From contig JAPMXV010000055.1 of assembly GCA_026936335.1 (NCBI GenBank), positions 248,001 through 312,000 of the forward strand: a stretch of 64,000 nucleotides of DNA. Reading direction: 5' to 3'. A model generated the notes under the pieces. It saw nothing but the letters and a program-made list of their open reading frames with translations. It ran no database searches and had not been told where the DNA came from. Origin of the DNA: Mantamonas sphyraenae STR306. Taxonomy: Eukaryota; Protista; CRuMs. The stretch's first letter is position 1. The number at the start of each line of letters is the position of its first letter. Of this stretch, positions 61,188 to 64,000 are shown in pieces. The position numbers were made by a program, and so were the translations under genes.

Positions 61188-62104
61188 CTACTCATCCACA
61201 TCAAGGGCATTGCCCGCGTGGGAACTGGTCGATGCTTGTGACGATCCAGTGTTGCCGTTGTCATTGCCGACATAGTCGCCGTCCAGCCACTGCAAGGACT
61301 GAAGAGCTGCAAAGACGCACGCACGATAGTCGGAGGAGCTCAGTGAATGTTTGAACGCAGTGCCCCCGAGGTTGAGACTGTACAAGGAAGGGAAGAACGT
61401 GAGGAGGAGTTGTTGCAAGGCGTCCCAGGCGTCCAGCGGGAGAGCGACGCCGTAGAGCCCGAGGAAGTGACAGGAAAGCATGGGTTCGAGCGAGTCTGTG
61501 TCCAACGCACGGATGGGATTGCCCGATACGGAAAGCCAACGTAGTGAGCGGAGGTGGGTGAGGTTGGACAGCTTGCTGAGATGGTTGTTGTGCAGGTTGA
61601 GGACCTGCAGTTTCGGACAGGGTGCAAACGCGTCGGCTGGCACTTGCTCGATCCGATTGCACGCTAGGTGCAGCTCCTGCAAGTGGGAGAGGCCGCTCAG
61701 GTCGGGCACGGTGTCCAGCTGGTTGGCTGTCAAGCTAAGCACTTTGAGGGAGGAAAACGCGGCCAGAGTGCCAGCGGAAATCGCGTCGATGTAGTTTGCA
61801 CGCAGCACCAGTGTCTCGATGTGGTCCAGCTCGCTCTTGGGTGCAGAATGAACCAAAGCACTGCCGTCCAACGACTTGATGCGTTGTGTGGACATATCCA
61901 AGCGTCTGCGCTTGGACAGCTCGTCGCGCAGGACGTCGTACTCGCTTAGCAGAGCACCCTGGGCGTGGCGGCAGTCGGGTGGCGCGTGCCATGTCAACAT
62001 TTGCTGCTGCCAGCGCATGGCAAGGGCAAAAACTGGCACCAAAATCAACTCACCACGTCGAGCTCCTCGATGCGCCGCTTGGGCAAAGACGACGCCTGAG
62101 ACAT
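61188..62104 (-). CDS. SDS22-like leucine-rich-repeat protein (2 exons)
   Basis: LxxLxLxxNxI repeats and LRR cap YRACVFAALQSLQWLDG. Exon 1 MSQASSLPKRRIEELDV (62104-62054) splices in phase 0 across intron 61959-62053. Confidence 0.8.
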
Positions 62105-63268
62105 GCCGGTCTACCTTGGGCTGCAGTGCGCATCGGACGCATGCAGCATGTTTAGTGTGCAGCAGGAAAAGAAAAGCAACCAGTGGAAGTGTGCTGTGTG
62201 TGGTTTGAAACAAAGCGTGCGCAAGGTGAGTGGTTCCCGCCACGCGAGTTCCTGTTCCTGATCCAAATTCGAGCCAACTCCCGCGTGTTTGTCCCCACAC
62301 AGGTGTATGCGCGCGCAGAGAAGGCCAAAGAGGTTCGCCCCATTGTACAGGAGCTCAACATGCGCCGTGGACAGGCACAAGAGCTTGTGGATGCTGCCAA
62401 GAAGGATCGGGAAGCCAGAGCCACAGAGCAAGAACTGCAGCACTTTTTCGATGCTCAGGCCATGGGCGGTGGCATGCCGGAAATGCCACATGCGTTTTCA
62501 GACACGGGAGCGACGCAGACACGCATACCCAGCCGGTGGGATGCGTATGTGCAACAGCCAAGTGCCGGCGACGAAGACGAGGAGGACGCAGACGAGGACG
62601 AGATCGTCGACGGCGTCGTGTACAGTCTAGATTCGGATAAATGGGCCAAGGCGACAAAAAAGTCGCATGGACGGCAAAGGGCAAAGGGGCGACGGTCAAA
62701 ACGCAAGTGGGACGCCGACGCAGAGATCGAGGAGGCCGCAGAAACACCGCCTCGACCGCGAGCCGTAGCGGCTCCAAAACGGCAGATGGTGCAGACTCAT
62801 ACACAAGAGGACAAAGATATACTCTATGAGAGTTTGGACACACCGTCTGAGTGGGATGTGTACAAAGAGGAGGTTGCGGAAGACGACAACACGACGACAC
62901 AGACGACGCATGACACGCTGTTCCAAGGGCTTCTGAATGTGGATGGAAGCGACCCATGGTTGGCCACAATGGGCATGAGGAGCAACCCATCCGTGGCATC
63001 AAGCACAGGCAGCTGGAATCAGCCACGAGAACCAGCGGAGAACACCCTCGACCATCGGACAACAACGAAGAAGAACAAAAAGACAAAGAGCAGGTGGTCG
63101 TCCTATCTGGCATCGTCGGACAACAGCGAGGCTCAGGGAGCACAAGAGGACGAGGACAACGCTGAGGAAAGTGTGTGGACCTCACCGGAAGCATTCTTGG
63201 CTGCGCAAGCCCAAGGCATCGCACAGTCTCACGCAGCAGCGTCCTCCTCTTCGGCGTCCTGGACATAG
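62103..63268 (+). CDS. MRNIP: MRN complex-interacting protein-like (UPF0544)
   Basis: MPVYLGLQCASDACSMFSVQQEKKSNQWKCAVCGLKQSVRK|VYA...RPIVQELNMRRG zinc-ribbon N-terminus; SRWDAY and SRWSSY motifs in the tail. Intron 62226-62302. Confidence 0.82.
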
Positions 63269-64000
63269 TCCTGTTGGCGGGCAATGAAAAACGTGTAACT
63301 GAGCGTAATGACCTCTGTGTCCTGGAGCGCGGGGTCGTCGAGGATCTCCGGGTCCAGAAAGAAGAACACCGGCATATTCAAACTCTCCCCAGGCCTCAGA
63401 CGCTGCTCTTCAAAGCAAAAGCACTGGATCTTGTTGAAATAAGGACCTGCTTGCGGCGGCGTCACGTTGTACGTGGAAATGCCGATGATTGGCTCGTCCG
63501 TCTTGTTGGTCGCCTGTAGGCAGCACCATGTGTTTGTGAGTACCCTGTCGCCTGCACACGAACCTCGTGTTCCCTCGGGTTCCACGGTTCTCTCCATCCC
63601 CTCTCTGCTGACTCACTTTGTAAAAGGCAAGCGCCGTTTCGCCTGCACGCAGCTCGACCTCTCGCTGCATGGGCTGGAAGCGCCAGGGAAGCTGGGCGCT
63701 GGTGGTGGCCACAAAGCGCACCTTGAACATGCGTCCATCCACAGGCTTCATGACATCCACGTCTTCTTCGTCGTCGTCGTCGGCTGCGGCGCCTCCGTTT
63801 CCGCCGGCGGTGGAACTGCGTCGCACTGTGCCGCCATATCCAGTCACCTGACAGAACATGCGGTACAGAGGCACGCTTGCGTACGACAGGGCCAACGTCA
63901 GCAGGATGATACTCAGGGTGCGCGCCAGCATGGTCTGGTTGCGCTGGTTCAGAGCTTTTTCGGCGGCCTCCTTCTGCTGCTGTGCCCTGCTGCGCGAGCT
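63229..64000 (-). CDS. COX11: Cytochrome c oxidase copper chaperone COX11 (5' end outside the window)
   Basis: YASVPLYRMFCQVTGYGG, LPWRFQP, GETALAFY, YFNKIQCFCFEEQRL, MPVFFFLDP, ITLSYTFF. Intron 63514-63616. Confidence 0.96.

Noticed and set aside
1-64000. CRISPR arrays, transposons, viral insertions, rRNA or tRNA genes
   Set aside because: No repeat-spacer arrays, transposase/RT/integrase motifs, terminal repeats or structural RNA signatures were recognised, and nearly all sequence is accounted for by protein genes. Small intronic ncRNAs cannot be excluded without a covariance-model search.

Overview
Eukaryotic nuclear DNA from a very compact, GC-rich, intron-containing genome, most likely a flagellated protist (it encodes SFI1-, TTLL9-, BBS10- and WDR62-like proteins); the taxon cannot be assigned from this window. 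About 26 protein-coding genes are packed almost back to back (many CDS-to-CDS gaps of 15-80 bp, two CDS overlaps), with short GT-AG introns (about 75-270 nt) that often end in CA-rich tracts. Gene order: SFI1-like (partial), WNK-like pseudokinase-PB1, ERMP1-like M28 peptidase, two tandem class-3 lipases, SSU72, TAF6, coiled-coil protein, SAM methyltransferase, TTLL9, degenerate membrane nucleotide cyclase, BBS10-like chaperonin with a TPR insert, EF-hand-like protein, MAPKBP1/WDR62, coiled-coil protein, ataxin-2, TRF4/PAPD5, membralin, EMC1, coiled-coil protein, DDX47, SCOT/OXCT, monoacylglycerol lipase, LRR protein, MRNIP, COX11 (partial). At least 15 reading-frame breaks occur in otherwise intact genes, mostly at homopolymers or dinucleotide runs, and are best explained as long-read indel errors. 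No RNA genes, transposons or CRISPR arrays were recognised. The most unusual observations are two divergent genes whose start codons share one CATG palindrome, a BBS10-like chaperonin with an inserted co-chaperone-type TPR domain, a WNK-PB1 pseudokinase, and a two-domain pseudo-cyclase. All family calls come from motif recognition by eye, not from database searches.
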